NCBI GenBank assembly: GCA_965248195.1
Contig: CBDFIQ010000001.1
Coordinates: 928,001-992,000, forward strand
Direction: 5' to 3'
Length of the DNA stretch: 64,000 nt
From: Longimicrobiales bacterium
GTDB taxonomy: Bacteria > Gemmatimonadota > Gemmatimonadetes > Longimicrobiales > Gaopeijiaceae
Shown one piece after another: positions 1-9,280 of this stretch. The position numbers and the translations under genes were made by a program. Each line of letters starts with the position of its first letter. The first letter of the stretch is position 1. Below the pieces are notes generated by a model, which was not told the origin of the DNA, did no database searches, and saw only the letters and a list, made by a program, of their open reading frames with translations.

Positions 1-356
1 GCCCGCGTACCGGTCACCACGATGGCGTCGACCATCAACGCCGACGCTTCGAGTTGGAAGTTGACGGTCACGGTCTGTCCCGCAGCCACCGTGACAACCT
101 GCGTCGCGGGCCCATACCCGATGAGTTGTGCCTCAAGCACATGGGTACCGGCAGGCACGTTGGTAACGGTGAAACCGCCGTTCGCGGCCGAGAGCGTACC
201 TACAGAAGCGGCCGGGATCGAAACGGTTGCACCCTGCAGCCCCTGCCCATTGATGTCCGTCACCGTTCCGCCGATGGTGCCGTTCTGAGCAAGAAGGATT
301 GCCGGGACTGCAAAGAGTACGAAAGCAAGTGTGACAGAAGCACGTAAGAGTTTCAT
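1..356 (-). CDS. TonB-dependent receptor (SusC-like), 5' part; runs off window
   Basis: Manual translation MKLLRASVTLAFVLFAVPAILLAQNGTIGGTVTD...GY...DAIVVTGTR: signal peptide, carboxypeptidase-regulatory-like domain, TonB-box-like IVVTGTR; AGGAGG SD upstream. Not in ORF track because it is partial. Confidence 0.85.
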   Translation of the reverse strand, partial: MKLLRASVTLAFVLFAVPAILLAQNGTIGGTVTDINGQGLQGATVSIPAASVGTLSAANGGFTVTNVPAGTHVLEAQLIGYGPATQVVTVAAGQTVTVNFQLEASALMVDAIVVTGTR

Positions 357-634
357 TGCGTTACCCTCCTAGAAGGAAATGTGAGGCTGAAAGAGGGAAA
401 TGCACCCCACCCCACCCCCACCCCGTGGCGCAAATTTACACAGGGCAGTCAAGCTCCCGCAAGACATTGTCAGTCCGGACCCGACCCTAATCGCACGCAG
501 CCCCTGAGCGTAGGCCGCGAGTCCGAAACGAATTCCGATCGTGTCACTCCGGCTCGCAGCCCGCCGCTATAGATGTGCTAGAAAACCATTCAAGCGGAAC
601 CTGTCAACGACAATGGGACACTCTACGGGATTAA

Positions 635-1642
635 TTAGAGAGCAATATCCTGTGTGGTGAGGGAAGGGATGGGAGGATTGATGTAGACGGCCTCCGGGAG
701 CGGTTTGGGCTTCGGCACACCTGTGACGAAGCGTTCGGGATGAGCGGCCCATGCTTCGCGGAGCACGGATTTCCTGCCGGCAATGACCTGATCGGCGTTC
801 CCGAAGTGGACCTGCTCGGGGGTTAGCATCGAGATACCGCCATGGCGGTGCTCGGCATTGTACCAGCGGAAGAACGATCGACACAACGTCTTGGCCTGGC
901 CCTGATCCCCGAACCGCCCGGGAAACGAGGGATGGTACTTCAAGGTTTTGAACTGAGCCTCGGAAAACGGGTTGTCATCCGACACCTGAGGCCGGCTCAA
1001 CGAGCGAGTCACGCCGAGGTCAGCGAGAAGTTGAGCGGTGCATTGGCTCGTCATTGGAGCTCCCCGATCCGAGTGCAGGGTCAGGACCCGGGGCTGGACG
1101 CCATGCTTCAGGCAGCTCTGCTGGATCAACCGGCCGGCCAGGGCCGAGTTCTCCCGGTCCGCCACCATCCAGCCCACGACGTAGCGGCTGTAGATGTCCA
1201 TGATGACGTAGAGGTAGTAATAGCTCCACTTCTTCGGCCCGAGTAGCCGCGTGATATCCCAGGACCACACCTGGTTCGGCGCCGTGGCCATCAACTCGGG
1301 CTTCTTGTACTCGGGATGGGTGCGCTGCGCCCGGCGTTCCTGAACCGGCACCTCGGAGGCCAGAACACGATACATCGTGCGTTCGCTGCACAGGTAGACC
1401 TCTTCGTCGAGCAGCGTGGCCACCACCTCGGCGGGTGAGCGGTCCACGAACCGCTCCGAACACAGCGTGTCGAAGACCTCGCCTCGTTCCGTCTCGCTCA
1501 ATGCCCGGGCGGGCGTCGGGCGGGGCTGCCGTTGCCCGGTCGATGGGCCTCGACGACGGTAGAACGTCGATCGGGAGACCTCGAGAGCCGCGCACGCCGG
1601 TTTTACACCGACGTGCTTAGCCAGCTCATCGGCCGCCTTCAA
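635..1642 (-). CDS. IS3-family transposase OrfB (DDE/rve)
   Basis: WSWDIT, LHSDRG, NPFSEAQFKTLK DDE motifs. Confidence 0.95.
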   Translation of the reverse strand: MKAADELAKHVGVKPACAALEVSRSTFYRRRGPSTGQRQPRPTPARALSETERGEVFDTLCSERFVDRSPAEVVATLLDEEVYLCSERTMYRVLASEVPVQERRAQRTHPEYKKPELMATAPNQVWSWDITRLLGPKKWSYYYLYVIMDIYSRYVVGWMVADRENSALAGRLIQQSCLKHGVQPRVLTLHSDRGAPMTSQCTAQLLADLGVTRSLSRPQVSDDNPFSEAQFKTLKYHPSFPGRFGDQGQAKTLCRSFFRWYNAEHRHGGISMLTPEQVHFGNADQVIAGRKSVLREAWAAHPERFVTGVPKPKPLPEAVYINPPIPSLTTQDIAL

Positions 1643-2088
1643 GAGTTCGTCCCGTCGTCGAGGCTTATCCCCAGCAGCCCCGCAACTTTTCCCTGCACGT
1701 CGATGATCAGGTGTGCCTTCCTGAGCTCATTCTCGAGCCGTGCGTTTTGCCGCTCCAGCTTGCGTACCTTCTCATCCAGCGGATTCCGCTCCGGCTTGCG
1801 GCCGCGTTTCTTCGACAGGGCCTTCAGCGACCCGCTATGCGCCGCCTTGCGCCACGTCGTCAGGTGCGACGAGTACAGGCCCTCGCGCCGCAGGAGCTGA
1901 CCCACCTCGCCGGGCTCGGTGCACCGGTCCGCTTCTTCGACGATCCGCAGCTTGTACGATGGACTGAACCGCCGGCGTAGCGGCCTATCTACTACCTCCG
2001 GGTCCGCAGGAGCTGCCGCGCTTCGCTTGGCCTCCCCGATTCCAGGGGCACTACCATTCTCTTCCATTCTCTCTCGCAGTCCCAACAT
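1639..2088 (-). CDS. IS3-family transposase OrfA (HTH + coiled coil)
   Basis: RRFSPSYKLRIV..LLRREGLYSSHLTTWRK HTH and leucine-zipper-like tail; 4-nt overlap with orfB. Confidence 0.9.
   Translation of the reverse strand: MLGLRERMEENGSAPGIGEAKRSAAAPADPEVVDRPLRRRFSPSYKLRIVEEADRCTEPGEVGQLLRREGLYSSHLTTWRKAAHSGSLKALSKKRGRKPERNPLDEKVRKLERQNARLENELRKAHLIIDVQGKVAGLLGISLDDGTNS
1687..1693 (-). other. Putative -1 programmed frameshift site G GGA AAA (also in copies 2 and 3)
   Basis: X XXY YYZ heptamer in the orfA frame; the -1 frame is open from here into orfB, typical of IS3 OrfAB fusion. Confidence 0.65.
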
Positions 2089-2244
2089 GTTCGTTTTCTC
2101 TGCCTTCGCCCTACTCTAATTCTTTGCGTGCTCCGTGTCTCACGTACGTTGGCAGAGAGGGGAATCGCAGAGACGTTAGGCTGATGTCTTCAGGCCTAGT
2201 GTTGACGTAGCACGCGATGGATGGAATTCTAGGTTGTCCCGAAC

Positions 2245-3811
2245 CGGAACCTGTCAACGACAATGGGACACTCTACGGGATTAATTAGAGAGCAATATCC
2301 TGTGTGGTGAGGGAAGGGATGGGAGGATTGATGTAGACGGCCTCCGGGAGCGGTTTGGGCTTCGGCACACCTGTGACGAAGCGTTCGGGATGAGCGGCCC
2401 ATGCTTCGCGGAGCACGGATTTCCTGCCGGCAATGACCTGATCGGCGTTCCCGAAGTGGACCTGCTCGGGGGTTAGCATCGAGATACCGCCATGGCGGTG
2501 CTCGGCATTGTACCAGCGGAAGAACGATCGACACAACGTCTTGGCCTGGCCCTGATCCCCGAACCGCCCGGGAAACGAGGGATGGTACTTCAAGGTTTTG
2601 AACTGAGCCTCGGAAAACGGGTTGTCATCCGACACCTGAGGCCGGCTCAACGAGCGAGTCACGCCGAGGTCAGCGAGAAGTTGAGCGGTGCATTGGCTCG
2701 TCATTGGAGCTCCCCGATCCGAGTGCAGGGTCAGGACCCGGGGCTGGACGCCATGCTTCAGGCAGCTCTGCTGGATCAACCGGCCGGCCAGGGCCGAGTT
2801 CTCCCGGTCCGCCACCATCCAGCCCACGACGTAGCGGCTGTAGATGTCCATGATGACGTAGAGGTAGTAATAGCTCCACTTCTTCGGCCCGAGTAGCCGC
2901 GTGATATCCCAGGACCACACCTGGTTCGGCGCCGTGGCCATCAACTCGGGCTTCTTGTACTCGGGATGGGTGCGCTGCGCCCGGCGTTCCTGAACCGGCA
3001 CCTCGGAGGCCAGAACACGATACATCGTGCGTTCGCTGCACAGGTAGACCTCTTCGTCGAGCAGCGTGGCCACCACCTCGGCGGGTGAGCGGTCCACGAA
3101 CCGCTCCGAACACAGCGTGTCGAAGACCTCGCCTCGTTCCGTCTCGCTCAATGCCCGGGCGGGCGTCGGGCGGGGCTGCCGTTGCCCGGTCGATGGGCCT
3201 CGACGACGGTAGAACGTCGATCGGGAGACCTCGAGAGCCGCGCACGCCGGTTTTACACCGACGTGCTTAGCCAGCTCATCGGCCGCCTTCAAGAGTTCGT
3301 CCCGTCGTCGAGGCTTATCCCCAGCAGCCCCGCAACTTTTCCCTGCACGTCGATGATCAGGTGTGCCTTCCTGAGCTCATTCTCGAGCCGTGCGTTTTGC
3401 CGCTCCAGCTTGCGTACCTTCTCATCCAGCGGATTCCGCTCCGGCTTGCGGCCGCGTTTCTTCGACAGGGCCTTCAGCGACCCGCTATGCGCCGCCTTGC
3501 GCCACGTCGTCAGGTGCGACGAGTACAGGCCCTCGCGCCGCAGGAGCTGACCCACCTCGCCGGGCTCGGTGCACCGGTCCGCTTCTTCGACGATCCGCAG
3601 CTTGTACGATGGACTGAACCGCCGGCGTAGCGGCCTATCTACTACCTCCGGGTCCGCAGGAGCTGCCGCGCTTCGCTTGGCCTCCCCGATTCCAGGGGCA
3701 CTACCATTCTCTTCCATTCTCTCTCGCAGTCCCAACATGTTCGTTTTCTCTGCCTTCGCCCTACTCTAATTCTTTGCGTGCTCCGTGTCTCACGTACGTT
3801 GGCAGAGAGGG
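2245..3811 (-). mobile_element. IS3-family insertion sequence, copy 2 (orfB 2285-3292, orfA 3289-3738)
   Basis: Same ORF translations and ends as copy 1; flanked by AAC direct repeats (2242-2244, 3812-3814). Confidence 0.95.
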
Positions 3812-3825
3812 AACCGGAGTGAGCG

Positions 3826-4138
3826 GTGCGCTACAGCGGCAAGTCACTTCTGGTGGTAGCAGCGCTCTTCGCGCTAGCTCTCGTGGCTGCCTGGGTACTC
3901 TACGGGCAGCTTCAATCTGTGGCAGAAGGGACATATGCGGGTTTCAAACTAGGCGGAGCCGTCGCCGTCTTCGTGGTTGTGTTCCTACTGCTCCGAGCCA
4001 CCTACGAACGCACACTGGGGAAGAGCGTCGTAAAGGTCCAAGTGAGCTTTGCAAACGGTCAAGTTCCCCCCGGTGCAGCCGATTCCAAGTGTACCTACTC
4101 GCTCTACAATCGTGATACGCTAGAACAGCTTGACGGCC
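3826..4138 (+). pseudogene. Two-TM hypothetical membrane protein truncated by IS copy 3
   Basis: GGAG SD + GTG; two hydrophobic segments; ORF runs into the IS end and stops inside it (4182). Confidence 0.6.
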
Positions 4139-5705
4139 CGGAACCTGTCAACGACAATGGGACACTCTACGGGATTAATTAGAGAGCAATATCCTGTGTG
4201 GTGAGGGAAGGGATGGGAGGATTGATGTAGACGGCCTCCGGGAGCGGTTTGGGCTTCGGCACACCTGTGACGAAGCGTTCGGGATGAGCGGCCCATGCTT
4301 CGCGGAGCACGGATTTCCTGCCGGCAATGACCTGATCGGCGTTCCCGAAGTGGACCTGCTCGGGGGTTAGCATCGAGATACCGCCATGGCGGTGCTCGGC
4401 ATTGTACCAGCGGAAGAACGATCGACACAACGTCTTGGCCTGGCCCTGATCCCCGAACCGCCCGGGAAACGAGGGATGGTACTTCAAGGTTTTGAACTGA
4501 GCCTCGGAAAACGGGTTGTCATCCGACACCTGAGGCCGGCTCAACGAGCGAGTCACGCCGAGGTCAGCGAGAAGTTGAGCGGTGCATTGGCTCGTCATTG
4601 GAGCTCCCCGATCCGAGTGCAGGGTCAGGACCCGGGGCTGGACGCCATGCTTCAGGCAGCTCTGCTGGATCAACCGGCCGGCCAGGGCCGAGTTCTCCCG
4701 GTCCGCCACCATCCAGCCCACGACGTAGCGGCTGTAGATGTCCATGATGACGTAGAGGTAGTAATAGCTCCACTTCTTCGGCCCGAGTAGCCGCGTGATA
4801 TCCCAGGACCACACCTGGTTCGGCGCCGTGGCCATCAACTCGGGCTTCTTGTACTCGGGATGGGTGCGCTGCGCCCGGCGTTCCTGAACCGGCACCTCGG
4901 AGGCCAGAACACGATACATCGTGCGTTCGCTGCACAGGTAGACCTCTTCGTCGAGCAGCGTGGCCACCACCTCGGCGGGTGAGCGGTCCACGAACCGCTC
5001 CGAACACAGCGTGTCGAAGACCTCGCCTCGTTCCGTCTCGCTCAATGCCCGGGCGGGCGTCGGGCGGGGCTGCCGTTGCCCGGTCGATGGGCCTCGACGA
5101 CGGTAGAACGTCGATCGGGAGACCTCGAGAGCCGCGCACGCCGGTTTTACACCGACGTGCTTAGCCAGCTCATCGGCCGCCTTCAAGAGTTCGTCCCGTC
5201 GTCGAGGCTTATCCCCAGCAGCCCCGCAACTTTTCCCTGCACGTCGATGATCAGGTGTGCCTTCCTGAGCTCATTCTCGAGCCGTGCGTTTTGCCGCTCC
5301 AGCTTGCGTACCTTCTCATCCAGCGGATTCCGCTCCGGCTTGCGGCCGCGTTTCTTCGACAGGGCCTTCAGCGACCCGCTATGCGCCGCCTTGCGCCACG
5401 TCGTCAGGTGCGACGAGTACAGGCCCTCGCGCCGCAGGAGCTGACCCACCTCGCCGGGCTCGGTGCACCGGTCCGCTTCTTCGACGATCCGCAGCTTGTA
5501 CGATGGACTGAACCGCCGGCGTAGCGGCCTATCTACTACCTCCGGGTCCGCAGGAGCTGCCGCGCTTCGCTTGGCCTCCCCGATTCCAGGGGCACTACCA
5601 TTCTCTTCCATTCTCTCTCGCAGTCCCAACATGTTCGTTTTCTCTGCCTTCGCCCTACTCTAATTCTTTGCGTGCTCCGTGTCTCACGTACGTTGGCAGA
5701 GAGGG
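4139..5705 (-). mobile_element. IS3-family insertion sequence, copy 3 (orfB 4179-5186, orfA 5183-5632)
   Basis: Same ORF translations and ends as copies 1 and 2; no flanking direct repeat. Confidence 0.95.
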
Positions 5706-6967
5706 AAACGGTCACAGCCGTGAACCAGGTTGGGAAAGAGGGTCGTGAGCTGCTGTTCGTCCATCGCCGACCCTCCTGGGAACCTGTGCAGCACTCGCTC
5801 GCCGTCATAATCTACGGAAGCAACTCTGACTCCAAGATGGGTATCAGGGAGATAGAAATCCGAGCCCGGCAGCATCGCCACCCTCGCCTCAGTCAGAAGC
5901 GTCTCCGTTAGCTGCTGGGATGTGACAACGCCACGTGCCAGAAGTGGCTCACGGAAGTGATCGAAATCCGGGAAAAGGTAGAATCCTCCTTCCGGTTTCG
6001 GGCAGTTCAGGTTCATATCGATAAATCGCTGGTGCAGGTATTCACCCGTAAAGCGGTGAATGTCTGTACAGCGCTCCACGCCCTCACGAACTTCATCGCT
6101 ATACCGGTAGGCAGCCAATGCAGCGTATTGCACAGGGGCGCTGACCGCGCTAAACGTCTCACTGATCATGGATTCAAGCGCCTGCAATACCTTTTCCAAC
6201 TCCGGTGGAATAATCATCAGACCGAGCCGGTGACCTCCTGCTGAAAATGCCTTGGATAAGCCACCGGTGATCATGGTGCCTTCAGGATAGTGGTGGGCGA
6301 TACTGGCGTGCTTCTCCTTCCTGAAGTTCACGAGCCCGTAGATCTCATCTGAGATCACAATGATTTGATGAGTCCTGCAGACCGCGGCTAGATCTTTGAT
6401 TTCCTGCTCGCTGTGACTGCTACCGCTGGGGTTATTGGGATTGTTGAAAATCAGAATCTTCTGGCTGTCCACTGAATGCCGGCAGGCTTGATCGAGCTCA
6501 TCAGCTTGCAAGCGATAACCAAGTTTCCGCCGGGTTTCTATGGTGACAATTTCTTTTCCCCGAAGAGTCGCCTGCGGCCCGTAACTGACCCAACTCGGCG
6601 CGGGGATTAAGAGGGGACCCTGCAGAATGTAAAGGACCTGAAAAATGAGCTCTTTGCTACCCGGTCCCACAACGACCTGATCGGGCGAAACGGAACAACC
6701 GCATTGTTCGTCATAAAATACGGCAATGGCCTCGCACAGCTCAGGCAGGCCCCTGGTCGGCAAATAAGTGTTCTTGTCCGCATGTTCGATCAGTGCAGCC
6801 TGAATCGCCCTGGGCACAGGAAACGGGGATTGGCCAAAGCCGAAGTGATAAATCTCTTCGCCGTTTCTACGCAATTGCATAACACGCTGATTAATCGCCA
6901 ACGTGGCTGATGCTTTAAGATCGAGTACGTGTGGATTGATTGACGGACGCACGATCGAATGTACCAA
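5684..6967 (-). CDS. Class I/II PLP aminotransferase (aspartate aminotransferase-like); C-terminus replaced by IS sequence
   Basis: FNNPNNPSG, SDEIY, GLSKAFSAGGHRLG motifs; last codons and stop lie inside IS copy 3; TTG start lacks an SD. Confidence 0.85.
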   Translation of the reverse strand: MVHSIVRPSINPHVLDLKASATLAINQRVMQLRRNGEEIYHFGFGQSPFPVPRAIQAALIEHADKNTYLPTRGLPELCEAIAVFYDEQCGCSVSPDQVVVGPGSKELIFQVLYILQGPLLIPAPSWVSYGPQATLRGKEIVTIETRRKLGYRLQADELDQACRHSVDSQKILIFNNPNNPSGSSHSEQEIKDLAAVCRTHQIIVISDEIYGLVNFRKEKHASIAHHYPEGTMITGGLSKAFSAGGHRLGLMIIPPELEKVLQALESMISETFSAVSAPVQYAALAAYRYSDEVREGVERCTDIHRFTGEYLHQRFIDMNLNCPKPEGGFYLFPDFDHFREPLLARGVVTSQQLTETLLTEARVAMLPGSDFYLPDTHLGVRVASVDYDGERVLHRFPGGSAMDEQQLTTLFPNLVHGCDRFPLCQRT

Positions 6968-7137
6968 CTGTTCAATAGTTGAGCGTGAGGATCGAGACGG
7001 ATTCGTCTGAGACCATCTTCACGGTCCGCGCACCTCGAGCGGGCGACGTGATTGTAAGGATCGCTCGAGGAGGAGGACAGGAGCCACGGGAACTCAAAGC
7101 GTTGCCCCCGGGGTGATCGCTCGGTATTGAATGATCT

Positions 7138-8013
7138 GTGAAAGCCCTCGCCACACTCCTGAAGAAGCTTACCCCCCGCCCGCTCTGGACGGAAACTGCC
7201 GACTTCAAGACTCGCCGCCGCATACAGCTTTTCCTGAGCATGCCTTTCGTCCTCCTTGCGGGGGTGACCTGGGGTTGGTTTTCGGCACCGGCCATCGGAG
7301 ACGGATCCGGCTTCTTTTGGAGCGTCCTGGGGGCCGCGGGCTTCGGGCTATTCTTCTACCTGGAGCAGAGGCTGCTCCCCCTCGTGGCGGCGACGGCCGA
7401 CCGCATCGGGTTGGGTGCCTTGGCCGCCCTGGCCTGGGAGGTAGGCGTAGTCGGCGGTCTCATCTTCCTCTTCACCAGCGTCCTGGGCGCCCCGGTGGTC
7501 CCGGCGGTGGCCCTCGCATTCGGCGCGGGAGTGCTCTACAGCCTCGGGATGGAGTACGTCCTATTTGGTTCGGGCGCGGACCATATTACGCACCTCTTGG
7601 GCCAAGACGGTGGCCTCTCCGGCCCAAGGAAACCGGACTACTCCCACGCCGAGGCGTTGGAGATACGAGGAGACCTCGAGGGTGCGGCGGAGATCTACAA
7701 AGAGGCCGTATGGAGGAACCGGAGGCATCCGCTGGCCTACCTTCAGCTGGCTGGTCTCCGGACTCGGGCCGGCCTCCACGAAGAGGCGATCGACATCCTA
7801 CGCAGGGCCTTGGGGGTGGCCCGGTTCAGCAGCCTCGGAGAAGCCCTGGCCGTCAGGGAGATCCATGAGATCTTCTTGACGCACCTCGGAGATCCCGCGA
7901 GGGCAGCCCCCGATCTCGCCCGATACCTGGAACGCCAGCCCGAGGGCGAACACGGGGAGTGGGCCCGCCGGGAACTCGCATACATCAAGGAGCGCATTCG
8001 CGAGGACGGCTGA
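7138..8013 (+). CDS. Membrane protein with C-terminal TPR-like repeats
   Basis: Four hydrophobic segments followed by helical TPR-like motifs (HAEALEIRGDLEGAAEIY, AYLQLAGL). Confidence 0.65.
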   Translation: MKALATLLKKLTPRPLWTETADFKTRRRIQLFLSMPFVLLAGVTWGWFSAPAIGDGSGFFWSVLGAAGFGLFFYLEQRLLPLVAATADRIGLGALAALAWEVGVVGGLIFLFTSVLGAPVVPAVALAFGAGVLYSLGMEYVLFGSGADHITHLLGQDGGLSGPRKPDYSHAEALEIRGDLEGAAEIYKEAVWRNRRHPLAYLQLAGLRTRAGLHEEAIDILRRALGVARFSSLGEALAVREIHEIFLTHLGDPARAAPDLARYLERQPEGEHGEWARRELAYIKERIREDG

Positions 8014-8141
8014 CAGACGACCGTGGAATACACCGTTGCTCCCTATTCAACCCTGCCATAACCTTCTGCATCTTTCGGGCATGACATCCGTCCGGAGTAA
8101 GCTCCTCACGAGCGAGCCCCGGACCTCAGGGGTAAGCCCAA

Positions 8142-8594
8142 ATGGCCCACCACCGGCCCATCATCCTCTTCGACGGTGTATGCAACTTGTGCAACTCGGC
8201 GGTCCAGCGGGTGATCGAGCGCGACAAGGAGGGACGATTCGATTTCGCCTCCCTCCAGTCCCATGCCGCTCGCCGAGAGCTGGAGAGGGTCATAGGCCCG
8301 GAGGAGATCGCGGCACTCCCCGACAGCATCGTCCTCGTCGACTCGGACGGCGTACACACACGATCGGCGGCGGCTCTCCGAATCGTGCGCACGCTGGGCT
8401 TTCCGTTCGCGCTACTCGGCCTGGGAGTCGTGGTACCCCGTCCGATCCGGGACGGGGTCTACGACTGGATCGCGCGAAATCGCTACCGCTGGTTCGGTCG
8501 GCGAGACACCTGTATGACGCCGACCCCCGATCTCGCGGCGCGCTTCCTCGACGCTGGCGAGCCGCGGCCGCCGGGCTCCCGCGTCCAGGGCTGA
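8142..8594 (+). CDS. DCC-family thiol-disulfide oxidoreductase (DUF393)
   Basis: FDGVCNLC and YDWIARNRYRWFG motifs. Confidence 0.9.
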   Translation: MAHHRPIILFDGVCNLCNSAVQRVIERDKEGRFDFASLQSHAARRELERVIGPEEIAALPDSIVLVDSDGVHTRSAAALRIVRTLGFPFALLGLGVVVPRPIRDGVYDWIARNRYRWFGRRDTCMTPTPDLAARFLDAGEPRPPGSRVQG

Positions 8595-8621
8595 GGGTCT
8601 CTCGGCCCTCTACGAATCCGA

Positions 8622-8694
8622 TGGTCGCTACTGGACTCGAACCAGTGACCCCTACGATGTGAACGTAGTGCTCTACCAACTGAGCTAAGCGACC
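8622..8694 (-). tRNA. tRNA-Val(CAC)
   Basis: Cloverleaf GGTCGCTTAGCTCAGTTGGTAGAGC...CTACG-TT-CAC-AT-CGTAG...GGTTCGAGTCC; CCA not encoded. Confidence 0.95.
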
Positions 8695-8701
8695 TGTTTC
8701 A

Positions 8702-8774
8702 TACCCCCACGGGGAATCGAACCCCGGTTTCCTGGCTGAGAACCAGGTGTCCTAGGCCACTAGACGATGGGGGC
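8702..8774 (-). tRNA. tRNA-Glu(CTC)
   Basis: GCCCCCATCGTCTAGTGGCCTAGGAC...CCTGG-TT-CTC-AG-CCAGG...GGTTCGATTCC. Confidence 0.95.
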
Positions 8775-8917
8775 AGACGCACGACTTCTCACGACGAGGG
8801 CCGAAAGAATATACATGAACCAAGGCCGACTCAAGCCCCGGAACGGTCTGGTGTCTCTGGGTTAACTCAACAACTCTCAACCTGTCTAGGCTGCGTTCGA
8901 CAAAGCCCTGGAGCTAA

Positions 8918-9208
8918 ATGACCGACACGCTGAACGACGAATCCATCGACGGGTGGCTGACGGGCCGAAAGGGGTGGAAACGGTCGGGGAAAGCCCTCAC
9001 CAAGAGCTTCGATTTCCAGTCCTTTCGTGACGCCATCGTGTTTGTAAATCGCGTCGCCAGCCTCGCAGACGACCTGGATCACCACCCGGACATCGACATA
9101 CGCTACACCACCGTAAATCTATCGCTTACGACCCACAGCGCCGACGGTCTTACCGAGAAGGATCTGAAGCTGGCCGAGAGAGTCGATTTCGCTACCTCGG
9201 CGAACTGA
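8918..9208 (+). CDS. phhB: Pterin-4a-carbinolamine dehydratase
   Basis: DHHPDI, LTTHSADGLTEKD motifs. Confidence 0.9.
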   Translation: MTDTLNDESIDGWLTGRKGWKRSGKALTKSFDFQSFRDAIVFVNRVASLADDLDHHPDIDIRYTTVNLSLTTHSADGLTEKDLKLAERVDFATSAN

Positions 9209-9280
9209 CCCGGCGGACTGACCGGGCGAATTCGCCGAGGATGGCCATACCTTTTGCGGTCCTGAAGGGGGTGCCCGCAA

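Larger units (their letters stand above)
595..2161 (-). mobile_element. IS3-family insertion sequence, copy 1 (1,567 bp)
   Basis: orfA/orfB; imperfect 20-bp IRs TGTCAACGACAATGGGACAC (602-621) and its counterpart at 2135-2154, plus 7-bp outer extensions CGGAACC and GAGAGGG shared by all three copies. Confidence 0.95.

Noticed and set aside
570..607. Hybrid promoter from the IS outward TTGACA driving the TonB receptor
   Set aside because: No convincing -10 hexamer at 16-18 bp spacing in the flank.
567..5663. Many overlapping small ORFs inside the IS copies (e.g. 567-884, 842-1246, 1020-1595)
   Set aside because: Alternative-frame or antisense shadows of orfA/orfB, repeated only because the IS is repeated.
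595..8694. Genomic island integrated at the tRNA-Val 3' end
   Set aside because: No integrase and no duplicated tRNA 3' end seen; genes at 7138-8594 look host-like.
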